A DNA stretch of 63,947 bases, the filler included. It is 6 parts of 6 records of this genome, joined end to end, with 100 filler letters (N's around TTAATTAATTAA, not from the genome) between each part and the next. Parts side by side here need not be neighbours in the genome. Positions count along the whole stretch, not along the records: positions 49,468 to 57,977 come from DRR723986_6664; positions 58,078 to 63,947 come from DRR723986_6684; 4 more parts are not named here. One strand, given 5' to 3'. The position numbers were made by a program, and so were the translations under genes. Below, piece after piece: positions 51,472-61,874 of the stretch (the stretch's first letter is position 1; each line of letters begins with the position of its first letter). A model generated the notes under the pieces. That model did not search any database. It was given only the letters and a program-made list of their open reading frames with translations, and was not told where the DNA came from.

Positions 51472-51684
51472 TCAGCCGCCACCGACAAACTGCACCACTT
51501 CGATGCGGTCGCCGTCTTCAATGACGGTCGAGGCATGCTCGGATTTTGGAACAATTTCAAGGTTCCGCTCGATGGCGACACCGCGCGAATCCCGGCCGTC
51601 ATCCGCTGACACCATGGCGACTAGCATCGCCACAGTCGTACCGGCGGCAATTTCGCGGGCTTCCCCGTTCAGCGTTATGTTCAT
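51472..51684 (-). CDS. thiS: Sulfur carrier protein ThiS
   Basis: MNITLNGE...[13 protein letters not shown]...[10 protein letters not shown]. Confidence 0.94.
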   Translation of the reverse strand: MNITLNGEAREIAAGTTVAMLVAMVSADDGRDSRGVAIERNLEIVPKSEHASTVIEDGDRIEVVQFVGGG

Positions 51685-51749
51685 CCACTGCAACTCCGTG
51701 CGTCAGCAGGCCTTGCCTTGCCCGGCGTTACAGCGCAAGACAACACCCC

Positions 51750-52184
51750 ATGGTGAAGCCGATATATGTCCTCGGGGGTCCGAACCTCAACCTGCTCGGA
51801 ACGCGGGAACCGGATATTTATGGCCGGGACACGCTTGAAGATATCCACAATCGCCTGAAGGCAAAGTCTGGTGATACGCCGATCGAGGCGCGGCAGACCA
51901 ATTCTGAAGGCGAATTGGTGACCTGGATACAAGAGGCGTCCCGAGAGGCTTCGGCCGTAGTCCTCAATGCCGGTGCCTATACGCACACATCCGTCGCGCT
52001 TCATGACGCGCTGCGGGCCTGTAGCGTGCCGGTTGTCGAAGTACACTTGTCGAATCCCGCCGCGCGCGAGTCATTCCGGCAAGTGAATTATGTCGCGCCT
52101 GCTGTGAACGCATCGATTGCGGGCCTTGGCGCCTATGGTTATGAGCTTGCCCTGATGGCCGCGCTAAAGCTGTCGGGAACATAA
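51750..52184 (+). CDS. aroQ: Type II 3-dehydroquinate dehydratase
   Basis: GPNLNLLGTREPDIYG, NAGAYTHTS, EVHLSN. Confidence 0.96.
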   Translation: MVKPIYVLGGPNLNLLGTREPDIYGRDTLEDIHNRLKAKSGDTPIEARQTNSEGELVTWIQEASREASAVVLNAGAYTHTSVALHDALRACSVPVVEVHLSNPAARESFRQVNYVAPAVNASIAGLGAYGYELALMAALKLSGT

Positions 52185-52199
52185 GGGACGATAGAATCC

Positions 52200-52676
52200 A
52201 TGAGCACTGGCAAGAACAAGCTTGATACCGGACTTGTCCGGGAACTCGCCGCCATTCTGCGTGAGGCAGATCTTGGTGAAATTGAAGTTGAACACGAGGG
52301 CCTGCGGGTCCGCGTGAGTAAGCCCGCACCAACCGTGGTGCAGGCCGCCGTTGCCGCTCCAGCGCCCGTGGCCGCAGCAGCCGCGCCAGCAACCGCTGCT
52401 CCCGCCGCAGCATCACCAGCTGAAGCTACCGTGGACACACCCGACAACGCCATCAAATCGCCGATGGTGGGCACCGCTTACCTCTCTCCGGAACCCGGCG
52501 CCAAAGCGTTCGTTTCAATTGGTGACAAGGTGAAAAAGGGCGACACGCTGATGCTGGTCGAGGCCATGAAGACCTTCAATCCAGTCGAAGCAGACCGGGC
52601 CGGCACGGTGAAAGCAATTTATGTCACCGATTCCCAGCCCGTAGAATTTGGCGAGCCGCTCATTCTGATCGAATAG
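52200..52676 (+). CDS. accB: Biotin carboxyl carrier protein
   Basis: Ala/Pro linker, SPMVGT, EAMK. Confidence 0.96.
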   Translation: MSTGKNKLDTGLVRELAAILREADLGEIEVEHEGLRVRVSKPAPTVVQAAVAAPAPVAAAAAPATAAPAAASPAEATVDTPDNAIKSPMVGTAYLSPEPGAKAFVSIGDKVKKGDTLMLVEAMKTFNPVEADRAGTVKAIYVTDSQPVEFGEPLILIE

Positions 52677-52677
52677 C

Positions 52678-54069
52678 ATGACCGAACAACGCACCATCCA
52701 GAAGGTCCTCATCGCGAACCGCGGTGAGATCGCACTGCGGATTCACCGCGCCTGTAAAGAAATGGGCCTGTCCACCGTTGTCGTGCACTCCGAGGCCGAC
52801 CGGGATGCCATGGCCGTCCGGCTGGCGGACGAAAGTGTCTGCATTGGACCTGCGCCCTCCTCACAGAGCTATCTGAAGAAGTCTCAGATTCTGGCCGCAG
52901 CAGAAATTACGGGCGCAGATGCCATTCACCCAGGATATGGCTTCCTGTCCGAAAATGCCCAGTTCGCCGAAATGGTAGAGGCACATGGACTCGCCTTCAT
53001 CGGACCAACGGCTGAGCATATCCGGATCATGGGCGACAAGATCGCTGCCAAACAGGCCATGATCGATGCGGGCGTGCCCTGCGTGCCCGGCTCTGAAGGC
53101 GCCATAACCTCCATCGCTGACGCCAAGAAAGCTGCCAAGAAGATCGGGTTCCCCGTGCTGGTAAAAGCGTCTGCCGGCGGCGGTGGTCGAGGCATGAAGC
53201 TGGCCAAGACCGAGGCAGATCTCGAAAATGCTGTCCGGACCGCCAAGACAGAGGCGAAAGCCGCCTTTGGTGATGATGCGGTCTATCTGGAAAAATACCT
53301 TCAGGGCCCGCGCCACATCGAAGTTCAGGTAATCGCGGATACGCACGGCAATGTCGCCCATCTCTGGGAACGTGATTGTTCTCTGCAGCGCCGGAATCAG
53401 AAAGTCTTCGAGGAAGCCCCCTCACCGGAGCTAAATCAGGCCCAGCGCGAAGAAATCGGCATGATCTGCGCCAAAGCCATGGAGAAGCTGGGTTACCGCG
53501 GCGCCGGCACAATTGAATTCCTGTACGAAGATGGCCGGTTCTATTTCATCGAAATGAACACGCGTCTTCAGGTGGAGCATCCCGTCACGGAGATGATCAC
53601 CGGGATTGACCTCGTCCGCGAACAAATCCGCATTGCCGAAGGCAAGAAGCTTTCCTTCAGCCAGGAAGATGTCCTGCTCGTCGGTCACGCGATCGAGTGC
53701 CGTATCAACGCCGAACATCCCGAGACCTTTGTGCCCTCACCTGGCCTGATCTCTGACTTCCATGCGCCCGGCGGCCCGGACGTGCGTCTCGACAGTGCCG
53801 CCTATGCCGGATATCGCATCCCGCCGCATTACGACTCGCTGATCGGCAAACTTATCGTGCATGGCCGCACGCGCCGGGAATGCCTGATGCGCCTTCGGCG
53901 TGCGTTGTCCGAAATGGTTGTTGGCGGCGTACACACCACCCTCGACCTGCACCGGCGCCTGGTGGAGAACGAAGACGTCCAGAACGGCAACTACAACATT
54001 CACTGGCTGGAAAAATTCCTCGCGGACAACAAGATCGTCGAGGAAGACGCAGCAGATGGAAAAGCCTGA
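52678..54069 (+). CDS. accC: Biotin carboxylase
   Basis: [35 protein letters not shown]. Confidence 0.97.
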   Translation: MTEQRTIQKVLIANRGEIALRIHRACKEMGLSTVVVHSEADRDAMAVRLADESVCIGPAPSSQSYLKKSQILAAAEITGADAIHPGYGFLSENAQFAEMVEAHGLAFIGPTAEHIRIMGDKIAAKQAMIDAGVPCVPGSEGAITSIADAKKAAKKIGFPVLVKASAGGGGRGMKLAKTEADLENAVRTAKTEAKAAFGDDAVYLEKYLQGPRHIEVQVIADTHGNVAHLWERDCSLQRRNQKVFEEAPSPELNQAQREEIGMICAKAMEKLGYRGAGTIEFLYEDGRFYFIEMNTRLQVEHPVTEMITGIDLVREQIRIAEGKKLSFSQEDVLLVGHAIECRINAEHPETFVPSPGLISDFHAPGGPDVRLDSAAYAGYRIPPHYDSLIGKLIVHGRTRRECLMRLRRALSEMVVGGVHTTLDLHRRLVENEDVQNGNYNIHWLEKFLADNKIVEEDAADGKA

Positions 54070-54122
54070 CGCGGCGCACCGTCTAATAGACAGCCGACCT
54101 GCTCCATCTCCATATAGGGTCC

Positions 54123-54791
54123 ATGTCTGCACGGTTCGGTACAAATGATCTTCTGGCCTGCTATCGCCGGGGTGTTTTCCCCATGGGCGATGCGCGGGAT
54201 GATCCGAACCTGTTCCTGGTTGACCCTGACATGCGGGGCATCCTGCCTCTGGATGACTTCCACATACCTAAACGGCTGAGACGCAGGGTGAAGCAAGAGC
54301 CGTATCGCGTAACCGCAGACACGGCCTTCACACGGGTCATGGAGATGTGTGCTGAGAGTGCTGATGGACGTGAGACCACCTGGATCAATTCGACGATCCT
54401 GAACCTCTACAGCGCCCTTCACCGCGAAGGATACGCGCATTCAATAGAATGCTGGGACGATACTGGAGCCCTGGTGGGCGGACTGTACGGTGTCGCCCTC
54501 GGTGGGGCGTTCTTTGGCGAGAGCATGTTCTCCCGCGCAACCGACGCGTCAAAAATTGGGCTTGTGCATCTGGTGGCAAGATTGATCGAGGGCGGCTTTA
54601 CCTTGCTGGACGCGCAGTTTCACAACCCGCACCTGGAACAATTCGGCCTGATCGAAATCCCACGGGCTGACTTCAAGCGCCGCCTCAAGGCCGCGCTGGA
54701 AGTAAACGCAGACTTTTACTGCGGGCGCTCCGGACCGTCTGGCAGCTTCACCGGCTCGGGCGCCGTGCAACGGATAACCCAGATGTCGTAA
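54123..54791 (+). CDS. aat: Leucyl/phenylalanyl-tRNA-protein transferase
   Basis: YRRGVFPM, TWIN, LVGGLYGV, FFGESMFS. Confidence 0.95.
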   Translation: MSARFGTNDLLACYRRGVFPMGDARDDPNLFLVDPDMRGILPLDDFHIPKRLRRRVKQEPYRVTADTAFTRVMEMCAESADGRETTWINSTILNLYSALHREGYAHSIECWDDTGALVGGLYGVALGGAFFGESMFSRATDASKIGLVHLVARLIEGGFTLLDAQFHNPHLEQFGLIEIPRADFKRRLKAALEVNADFYCGRSGPSGSFTGSGAVQRITQMS

Positions 54792-55183
54792 ACGGGGTGT
54801 TCCAGCGCGCTCAACCCCGGCGACGAGGCAAACATCCAGCCGGAGAACAGTTCCGGGTTTTCTTCGCTCACCGTGTCCACATCATTGGCGTCCACCGCAG
54901 CATCCATGGTTTCCACGGCGACGGGCTGGGTAGAGAAGATCTTGAGAAACGCCGCGCTTTCAGGAGCCTCTTCCGGCGGTGTCTGGTAGCAGACTTCCAG
55001 CTCTACCTTGAGCGATCCAAATACAACCGGCTGTCCCACGAAGACTTCAATATCAGTAGACCGGCCGGTGATCTTGTCGAGCGCGCGCAGCGTCGCCTTG
55101 TCCTTCTGGACATAGGTCGCAGCATGCGCCGCCCCTACCAATCCGGCAACAAGGGCAACAGCAGCAAGCGCTCGAAACATCAC
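54716..55183 (-). CDS. DUF2155 exported protein
   Basis: LRALDKITG, FSGWMFASSPGLSALEHPVYDIWV. Confidence 0.9.
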   Translation of the reverse strand: MMFRALAAVALVAGLVGAAHAATYVQKDKATLRALDKITGRSTDIEVFVGQPVVFGSLKVELEVCYQTPPEEAPESAAFLKIFSTQPVAVETMDAAVDANDVDTVSEENPELFSGWMFASSPGLSALEHPVYDIWVIRCTAPEPVKLPDGPERPQ

Positions 55184-55710
55184 TGATCTCCATCCAGAGG
55201 ATATGTATCCTCTGCGGCTGTTTCGGGCTCAGGTGCCGCGCCGGCGTCTCCAGCACCATTGCTACCGCCGGAGGCGAAGGACGCGAACAAAGTCAGCAGG
55301 TCCACGCTGCCGCGCGTATACTGGATCTCACCAGAACCGTCCTGCGGAATGTTGTCGAAGCTGCCGCCCGGTTCCAGAGCCACATAGGCACCACCGAGCA
55401 AGCCGTCCGTGGAGATGCGCGCATCCGTATCGTCAGGCAATTGCCACTTTTTGTCGAGGCTCATGGTCATGACCGCTTCGAAGCGCTGAGGGTCACCTTC
55501 AATCGCTTTGACGACGCCGGCCTTCACACCTGCGATACGGACATCGGACCCACGCTCAATACCGCTGATGTTGTTGAAACGGGCTGTCAGTTCATACCTG
55601 TCCGGTCCAGCAGATGCTTCTCCGCCGCGCGCGATCGCGAACCAGAGGAAAACACCGGCGACGGCAACGACAAGCGCGCCAACCAGGGTTTCAAACATCG
55701 ACTCACGCAT
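55180..55710 (-). CDS. mlaD: MCE-domain lipid asymmetry protein MlaD
   Basis: FETLVG+TM, GSDVRIAGVKAG, GLLGGAYVALEPGG. Confidence 0.9.
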   Translation of the reverse strand: MRESMFETLVGALVVAVAGVFLWFAIARGGEASAGPDRYELTARFNNISGIERGSDVRIAGVKAGVVKAIEGDPQRFEAVMTMSLDKKWQLPDDTDARISTDGLLGGAYVALEPGGSFDNIPQDGSGEIQYTRGSVDLLTLFASFASGGSNGAGDAGAAPEPETAAEDTYPLDGDQ

Positions 55711-56095
55711 CAGGAGACCACGCCTCGTAGTCGCCTGCGGCTTTCTGGCGATGACCATGACCTGAAAGGCTACCCTTCGGCTTCGTGGCCCAAGGCGTAC
55801 CGGTCATGTTCGGCTTATGGTCGGTTTCCCATTCCCGGCGGGTGAGCGGAGATTTTGTCGGCGGTTCATCGACCGTGTGATGCAGCCACCCGTGCCAGTC
55901 GGCCGGCACCTTGGACGGTTCTGCGAGGCCTTTGTACATGACATAGCGGCGGCGGCGGCCTTCGATCGAAGGTTTCCGTTCCTCGAAGTAACGGTTGCCG
56001 TATTCATCCGTGCCGACGAACGTGGAGCGCCGTCCGATATCGAACGCCGCGCCGAGCGTGTGGCCGCTCCACCAGGTAAAAAGTGTCTTCAGCAT
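55703..56095 (-). CDS. NADH:ubiquinone oxidoreductase NDUFA12-like subunit
   Basis: VGTDEYGNRYF, VPADWHGWLHH, PNMTGT, YEAWSP. Confidence 0.92.
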   Translation of the reverse strand: MLKTLFTWWSGHTLGAAFDIGRRSTFVGTDEYGNRYFEERKPSIEGRRRRYVMYKGLAEPSKVPADWHGWLHHTVDEPPTKSPLTRREWETDHKPNMTGTPWATKPKGSLSGHGHRQKAAGDYEAWSPDA

Positions 56096-56285
56096 CGTGG
56101 GGCCTGTCCTGCCGTGTGTTGGTGGCCGCAATATGGCGGCTCAGGGGCAACTAATCCATAGCCCCGCCGCAGGCAATGCGCCGCAATTTTCCTTATGCGC
56201 AAAGGACCGCAATTGCTGCGCACCGCTTGCCCCAAACGGGTTCAAAGGTCACGCTTGTTCAAGTGATTCGCTGGGGAGACACGGC

Positions 56286-57977
56286 ATGGATAAGACGCGG
56301 GCAACCGAAATCCTGACTGCGGCCGAATCGGATGGCCTCCTTTCGGAGCAGACTACACTTTCCGAGCTGTTTCGGGGGGCTGGCAGGAAGGCCCGGCCAA
56401 TAACACCGGAATCACTGAAGGCTACGGCGGCTGCCTGTTCGGCGGCAGCATTGGTTAGCGTGTCACAACTCGCGTCTGCGGAAATTCTTGAGCGATTCGG
56501 CGATGCCCCTCGTAATGCTGATCTGGCTGAAGCGCTTGCGGCTGGATTGCCTCAAGATGTGCTGGAAGAGGCTCTGAGGCAGCCGGGCGGTTTCCAGCGG
56601 ACAGCAGATGCCCTGCGCGCAGCAGCAGTGGGTGCCGCAGCGCCAGCGCCCGCCGTGTTCCACCCCCAATCGCTCGATCCGGTGCTGGAACAGCTGATGG
56701 TTGAAGCGCTTCTGGCGGGTGCGGAGATCATTCTTACGGAAGAAGCGCCCCTTCCGGCTGGCACTGCAGCCAGAATTGTCGATGTCGCCATGGCCGTCGG
56801 TCCGGACGGAATTGAAGCGGACTATCTCTGTGAAGCACTGGAAGCAGCTGCAACTGAGATGCCGGATGGTGCGGTCATCATTGCCGGCTTGTCTGCCGCA
56901 ATCATGTCGCTGGGGGTCGATTACGCCTCTTCCGACGGCACTGCCATTGCGGCGGCACTCTGCGGATTGGTCCGCTCTGGTGCAACCGGTGCGGCTTTCA
57001 CGGCCGCTCATGCGAAGGCTCTAAACCTCGTGGCACGAAAGACATCGGGCAAGCGAACCTGCAATGTCCTGCTGTTGCCTGTCGCGGATCTCGGTGCGTT
57101 TCTGCCCGATTGCGAAAGCCATGCCACAGCCCCCTTGGCGACGGTGCTCGCCTACGGTGACGAAACACCGACCCTGTCACGCGCCGCACGTCTCGGTATT
57201 GCGCATCACGCTCCGGAACGTCTGCCGATGGCCTTGCAGCGCATCGCGGCTTCTGCCGAGTCTGATCTCGACCGCGCGCTCGGACTCGACCGGCTGCGTG
57301 ATCGTGGTTTCACCGATGACGCGCTCGACAAAGTCTCCCGGGCATTGGGTGAAGGCCTGCCGCTGAACGCTGCTTTTTCACGCTGGGTACTGGGCGATGA
57401 GATCATATCGAGCGACCTGAAGCTCGCGCCGGAGGAGTTTGACTCCGATGGTGGCGGCCTCCTCTCGGCCATCGGCTTTTCGCGCAAGGACATCCTGGCA
57501 GCCGAGACAACCATCTCTGGAGAGAACGGAGATGCCACGGCCGAAATCATGGCAGATTGCGGCCTTCAGGTAGGCGCATCTCCGGAAGCGGAAATCGCTT
57601 TGGCTGCCGCATGCGCAAAAGCGCTTGGCGGGCATGTCATGATCTCGGTGGACGGCCGGGATGGACTGGACATGGCTGAAGCCGCGCTGTCTGCAGGACT
57701 TTCGGTTCAACTGATCGGACACCGCGCGCCACCGGGCGATGACGTGCAGGACCGCATGGAGCATATTACGGCTCTGGCTGAAGAAATCGCTGCAGAGGCA
57801 GATGCCCCCCCGGTCCCCACTCAGAACATCATGACCGGGGATGGCGCTGCCCGAACCCGCCTGCCCGATCGCCGGAAAGGTTACATCCAGAAGGCGTCAG
57901 TCGGTGGCCATAAGGTCTATCTACACACGGGCGAATTCGAAGATGGATCGCTGGGCGAGATCTTCATCGACATGCAC
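56286..57977 (+). CDS. Degenerate class II ribonucleotide reductase (NrdJ) homologue with a conserved TSCPD-type C-terminal domain; 3'-truncated
   Basis: RLPDRRKGYIQKASVGGHKVYLHTGEFEDGSLGEIFIDMH near residue 525; eroded NrdJ segments upstream; no NPCxE motif. Confidence 0.8.
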
Positions 57978-58077
57978 NNNNNNNNNNNNNNNNNNNNNNN
58001 NNNNNNNNNNNNNNNNNNNNNTTAATTAATTAANNNNNNNNNNNNNNNNNNNNNNNNNNNNNNNNNNNNNNNNNNNN
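57978..58077. other. Artificial contig spacer
   Basis: N run with TTAATTAATTAA. Confidence 0.99.
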
Positions 58078-58588
58078 GCATGGCGGCATCGACCACCATC
58101 TTGCGCAGCGCCGCCCGGCTCGGCTCTTCGCCACGCTCGAGTTTCTCGTCGAGAGTGCGGCGCACGATGCCCGGGTCAGCAGCCTCGGCATCACGCAGAC
58201 GACGTGCTTCATGGATCTGGTCACGGCGAAGTCCGAGGGTGTTGGACACGACAACACCCTCGTCGCGATGCTGGTTCGCACCCAGTCCTGCGATTTCGCC
58301 TCGCGCCTGAGCAGCATCATATTCATCTGCAAGACGCCGCTTCGCAGCGGCCTCGATTTCCAGCGCATCAGCCTGCGCACGATGGGCCGCCGCAATCAGA
58401 TCATCATGCGCAGACTTGGCCCTGCTGAGGCGAGCGGCGCGTTTTGCGGTGTCATAGGCCAGACCGGCGTATTCGCGCGCCTCAAGCACCTCGGCAGCCG
58501 TCTTGGCGCCAGCCAGCATGGCAGCAGCGCGGACGATCAACCCCGGAAGGTTCTCTTCATTCGTTTTGATTGGGACAGACACAGTCAT
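58078..58588 (-). CDS. Phage-type helical hypothetical protein, 3'-truncated
   Basis: MTVSVPIK...AQADALEIEAAAKRRLADEYDAAQARGE...LGLRRDQIHEARRLRDAE; ATGA overlap with the upstream gene. Confidence 0.8.
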
Positions 58589-59229
58589 CGGCCGCATCCC
58601 GTCTTTTTCGGCTTGGCGATCATCTCCAAAGCAGCGCAAACATGGGTCTCGGGGTTTGCACCAAATGACAGCAGACGATCCAGCAGGACCGACAAAGCCA
58701 GAGCCGTTTCGCGAGCAGCCTCCGCGATGGCGCGCTCGCCTTGGACTGCAAGGTAGAGGTCGGCCAAAGTCGCCCCGGATGGGCCGAACAGCGACATCAT
58801 CTTCGGTTCGTCGTCGTCGGGCACATCGACTTCGATGATCAGCGGCAGCCGCGAGGCCAGTCCTCTCGGAAGCAATCCGACAGGGATGATGGAGCGTGGA
58901 TCGTCGCTGGCGGGCGCGTCATGATCGACGAAATCGACTTCGGTGGTCTCACTCGCCCAATCGCTCTCGAAAACGGCGAACAAGGGCGTGCCATCCGCAT
59001 GCGTGCCAGCATCTTCAATCTGGTAACGGCCTTGCACCTTGAGAAGTTCGGACAGTTCCCAACGGCGAAAGAACCCGGGCAGGCGCTGCAGCGTTTCATG
59101 CGGTATAACTTGGTCGTTCATGGAGTTCGTCTTTCCGATCGGGGATGAATTTCTCGGGGCGTCTGAATGGCAAAAGCCATCGACCGGGCCTGATCTGGAC
59201 AGGGCGCTCAGTGGTTTTTTCGGCGTCAT
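58585..59229 (-). CDS. Hypothetical protein (alternative start 59121)
   Basis: ATGA overlaps at both ends. Confidence 0.7.
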   Translation of the reverse strand: MTPKKPLSALSRSGPVDGFCHSDAPRNSSPIGKTNSMNDQVIPHETLQRLPGFFRRWELSELLKVQGRYQIEDAGTHADGTPLFAVFESDWASETTEVDFVDHDAPASDDPRSIIPVGLLPRGLASRLPLIIEVDVPDDDEPKMMSLFGPSGATLADLYLAVQGERAIAEAARETALALSVLLDRLLSFGANPETHVCAALEMIAKPKKTGCGR

Positions 59230-59714
59230 TTCGAGGCCTCGCTCGGCTCGATCGTGAGCTTGAGCGCACCCGCTTTCACCGTTCGTGCGGGCTCGAAACC
59301 CTGCCGGATCGGGTCAGGCCAGGCGGTGTAATTGCGCTCGGGCACCTTGTAGGCGATGTCGACATAGTCGGCCGGGTTCTCGCCGGCGGCGCGGATGCGC
59401 TCGACCATGGCGGCAAGCTTCTCCTGATCCCAATCGACCCGCTTCGGCAGATCGGCGATCACGGTGTAGTCCCCTTCGACAAGGCGAATCGTGCCTGTGT
59501 CCTTGCCGCAGGCTTGGCGCGCCTCGGCCGCGCGGGTGGCGAAACGGACCTCGAGGGCGCTGTCGAAACGCGCCTTGATGGCCTTGTCGCGTTTCAGGCG
59601 CTCATCAATATCGCGCTGCAGCACCGCCAGCATGTCGATCGGCAGGAAGGCAATATCCTGGAGGGCGAGCGAGGGAAGATCCTCGATGAGATGCGTGTTT
59701 TGGGGGAACGTCAT
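59226..59714 (-). CDS. Conserved phage-type protein of replication/recombination modules
   Basis: GKDTGTIRL...ADLPKRVDWDQEKL...YKVPERNYTAWP...FEPARTVKAG; AAGGAGA RBS. Confidence 0.78.
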   Translation of the reverse strand: MTFPQNTHLIEDLPSLALQDIAFLPIDMLAVLQRDIDERLKRDKAIKARFDSALEVRFATRAAEARQACGKDTGTIRLVEGDYTVIADLPKRVDWDQEKLAAMVERIRAAGENPADYVDIAYKVPERNYTAWPDPIRQGFEPARTVKAGALKLTIEPSEASK

Positions 59715-59755
59715 ATTGCGGTCTCCTTGACGGAATGAGAAATTGAGGCTCGCCA

Positions 59756-60145
59756 TCAGGCCGCAGCGACGGGCGCTGTGGCCGCGTCAGCGACGGGAAT
59801 GGCCTCGTCGGACAGCAGGAGCTTCGAGAGCGACGCTTCGGCGGCCTTCGGTTTCGGGCGGGCAATGGCGATGTAGGCAAACAGGTCCGGGGCCACGCGT
59901 TCCTGCACGAGATGCACGAGGCCGTTTTCGGCGGCCCAAAACGCCCGGAACCCGAGGCGTGACAGCACCTTGCGGCGCTCGTCGGACAAGCGAGCCGCTG
60001 TTGGGAAGGTGTCGAGAACCAGAAAGCCGCGATGATATTCGAGCCGGTCGCCAGGAACGGCCTGCGACACCCAGGCACAGAACTCGATCTCGGACAGGGC
60101 GCGGCTGGCGCGGACGGTGGTGAAACGGGGATGTTGCATGAACAT
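59756..60145 (-). CDS. Conserved element hypothetical protein
   Basis: EIEFCAWVSQAVPGDRLEYHRGFL...GLVHLVQER...YIAIARP; GAGGAG RBS. Confidence 0.78.
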   Translation of the reverse strand: MFMQHPRFTTVRASRALSEIEFCAWVSQAVPGDRLEYHRGFLVLDTFPTAARLSDERRKVLSRLGFRAFWAAENGLVHLVQERVAPDLFAYIAIARPKPKAAEASLSKLLLSDEAIPVADAATAPVAAA

Positions 60146-60167
60146 GGTCTCCTCACTGATCTCCTAC

Positions 60168-60761
60168 TCACGCGGCCGCAAAATCGTCCCACGCGGGGCC
60201 GATGCCGTAGGCCGTGAGGACATGGCGAAGGTCAGCGAGGCGGCGATACAGGCTGGAGCGGCTCGAAAACCCGTCAGCGACAAGCGCCGCGACCGGACGA
60301 TGCGCGAGGGCTTGGCAGAGTGCCCTCTGGTCGGACGAGAGGAGCGACACCGCGCAGTGCAGCGCATGTTGGCGCTCAAAGGCGAGAAGCGCGCAGGTCG
60401 GCTGGCCATACCAGGCCGAAAGACCGTCATCCTCGGTCAGCGTGTCGCCAACCGGTTCCTGGGCTCCGGCAAGCGGCACTTCGAGGGAGAGCATCGATCC
60501 GCCGCGCATCCGGCGCTGATGATGGTGACGAAGAGCGATGCGCGAAGCCTGATTGCGCAGGACAATGTTGGCAAAGGCGCCAATGGTGCCACGGCGCGCG
60601 TCAAAGCCGGGCAGCCGGCAGATCAGATCGACCAGCAAGTCCTGATGTAGGTCATCGAAATCAGCGGCGGGCAGCACCAGCTTGCGTTGCAGGCGGCGCG
60701 CGGCGACGGCCGCCTCATCGATCAACTTGGCAAGGTCATCGGGAGAAATGGGTGAGAGCAT
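60168..60761 (-). CDS. Sigma-70/ECF-like factor of the element
   Basis: Region-2-like DDLHQDLLVDLICRLPGFDARRGTIGAFANIVLRN; region-4-like LSSDQRALC...SRSSLYRRLADLR. Confidence 0.75.
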   Translation of the reverse strand: MLSPISPDDLAKLIDEAAVAARRLQRKLVLPAADFDDLHQDLLVDLICRLPGFDARRGTIGAFANIVLRNQASRIALRHHHQRRMRGGSMLSLEVPLAGAQEPVGDTLTEDDGLSAWYGQPTCALLAFERQHALHCAVSLLSSDQRALCQALAHRPVAALVADGFSSRSSLYRRLADLRHVLTAYGIGPAWDDFAAA

Positions 60762-60835
60762 CTGTTTCTATCCTGGTCGTTTGTGTTGACCAGTCGAAGA
60801 TGCAACCTGCTGAAATTATTTATCTCTCGGGCTTA

Positions 60836-60862
60836 TCCCGAAAACCTCCCGAAAACCTCCCG
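60836..60862. repeat. 11-bp direct repeat (2.5 copies) upstream of the sigma-like gene
   Basis: TCCCGAAAACC TCCCGAAAACC TCCCG. Confidence 0.8.
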
Positions 60863-60878
60863 GTGCCGGAAAACAGGT

Positions 60879-61874
60879 CTAGGCGATAAACGCGATCTCG
60901 CTGGATGAGAACGCAAAGCGTGATCCAACCTTGGATTTTCGATCGATGAACCCGTTATTCGGAACGTCAGTCAGGCCTGGGTTTTTCCGGAAGGCATCAC
61001 GCAATCGGTTGACGCAGCGGTCAACCTGTTCGGGATTGCTATCACGCTGCGTGCTCGCATGAAGCGTCGCCGCAAGACTGTCGCTCGAGACCCAGCCGCC
61101 TGCCGTTTGGGCTTCCTCCGCAAGTTGACAAAAGACGTCGAAGTCTCGCGGCTCGACGTCGAGTTCAGTGTCCTCAAAGATAACCCGGCGGCCAATACGA
61201 TCGATCTGGACCCGCGCCGCCGTGTTTTGGGGCCCGGTGGGCACCCGGACCCGGTCGAGATCAAGTGCGAAGGGGCGAGCCGGATCGTCGCGCAACAAAT
61301 CGGCAGCCCAGGATAGTGTCATGCGGAGACTGTCGAGTTGGCGCGCAACCGCAGTCGGCAAGTCAGCCTCGCCAATGCTGATCAGGGCGATAGGAGCCTC
61401 GCTGTCTATGGCCCCACGGGCATGGTCCACGATCTCCTGCGCGGTCTCGTCTCTCAGTCGACGCACAAGGCAAATTTCGGCAGAACGCCCATGCTGGTCA
61501 TGGCGACCAAGCCGCCATATCCTTATGGAAATGGCCACCGGGCCGGGGCCCTTCAGTCCCGATTGCTCCCGGATGGCTCGGCAAAGGGCGGCGATGTCGA
61601 TATCAAATGCTCGGATGTCGAGATCATTGTCATGACGCACGCATTCGCCGGTTTCAGGGTCGATGACGATCAGGGCATCGTTGTCCGTTTGAAAAACCGC
61701 ATTGCCATCGTCCCGCAAATCCTCACGGTCCACCAAAACCCCAAGATTGCGCAGCGATCGAACGAGGCGCGGGTTGTAGGGGGCAAGTTCGGCGGCGCCG
61801 ACAGCACGGATCGGATGTCGATCACTCTGCCGCAGCAGCAGCCTGATCAGTCCTGCGGCGTTTGCGAATGTCAT
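60879..61874 (-). CDS. Putative transcriptional regulator with a C-terminal OmpR-type winged helix
   Basis: IDRIGRRVIFEDTELDVEPRDFDVFCQLA...GWVSSDSL...VDRCVNRLRDAF...FIDRKSKVGSRF; no receiver domain recognised. Confidence 0.7.
   Translation of the reverse strand: MTFANAAGLIRLLLRQSDRHPIRAVGAAELAPYNPRLVRSLRNLGVLVDREDLRDDGNAVFQTDNDALIVIDPETGECVRHDNDLDIRAFDIDIAALCRAIREQSGLKGPGPVAISIRIWRLGRHDQHGRSAEICLVRRLRDETAQEIVDHARGAIDSEAPIALISIGEADLPTAVARQLDSLRMTLSWAADLLRDDPARPFALDLDRVRVPTGPQNTAARVQIDRIGRRVIFEDTELDVEPRDFDVFCQLAEEAQTAGGWVSSDSLAATLHASTQRDSNPEQVDRCVNRLRDAFRKNPGLTDVPNNGFIDRKSKVGSRFAFSSSEIAFIA

Noticed and set aside
46752-51684. ThiF next to thiS/thiG as a thiamine or ubiquitin-like system
   Set aside because: They lie on different contigs, from apparently different phyla, separated by the spacer at 49368-49467.
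51685-51749. TPP riboswitch upstream of thiS
   Set aside because: The gap is only 65 nt and lacks the CTGAGA core.
54716-54791. 76-nt convergent overlap of aat and DUF2155
   Set aside because: Ordinary tail-to-tail overlap in a conserved alphaproteobacterial gene block.
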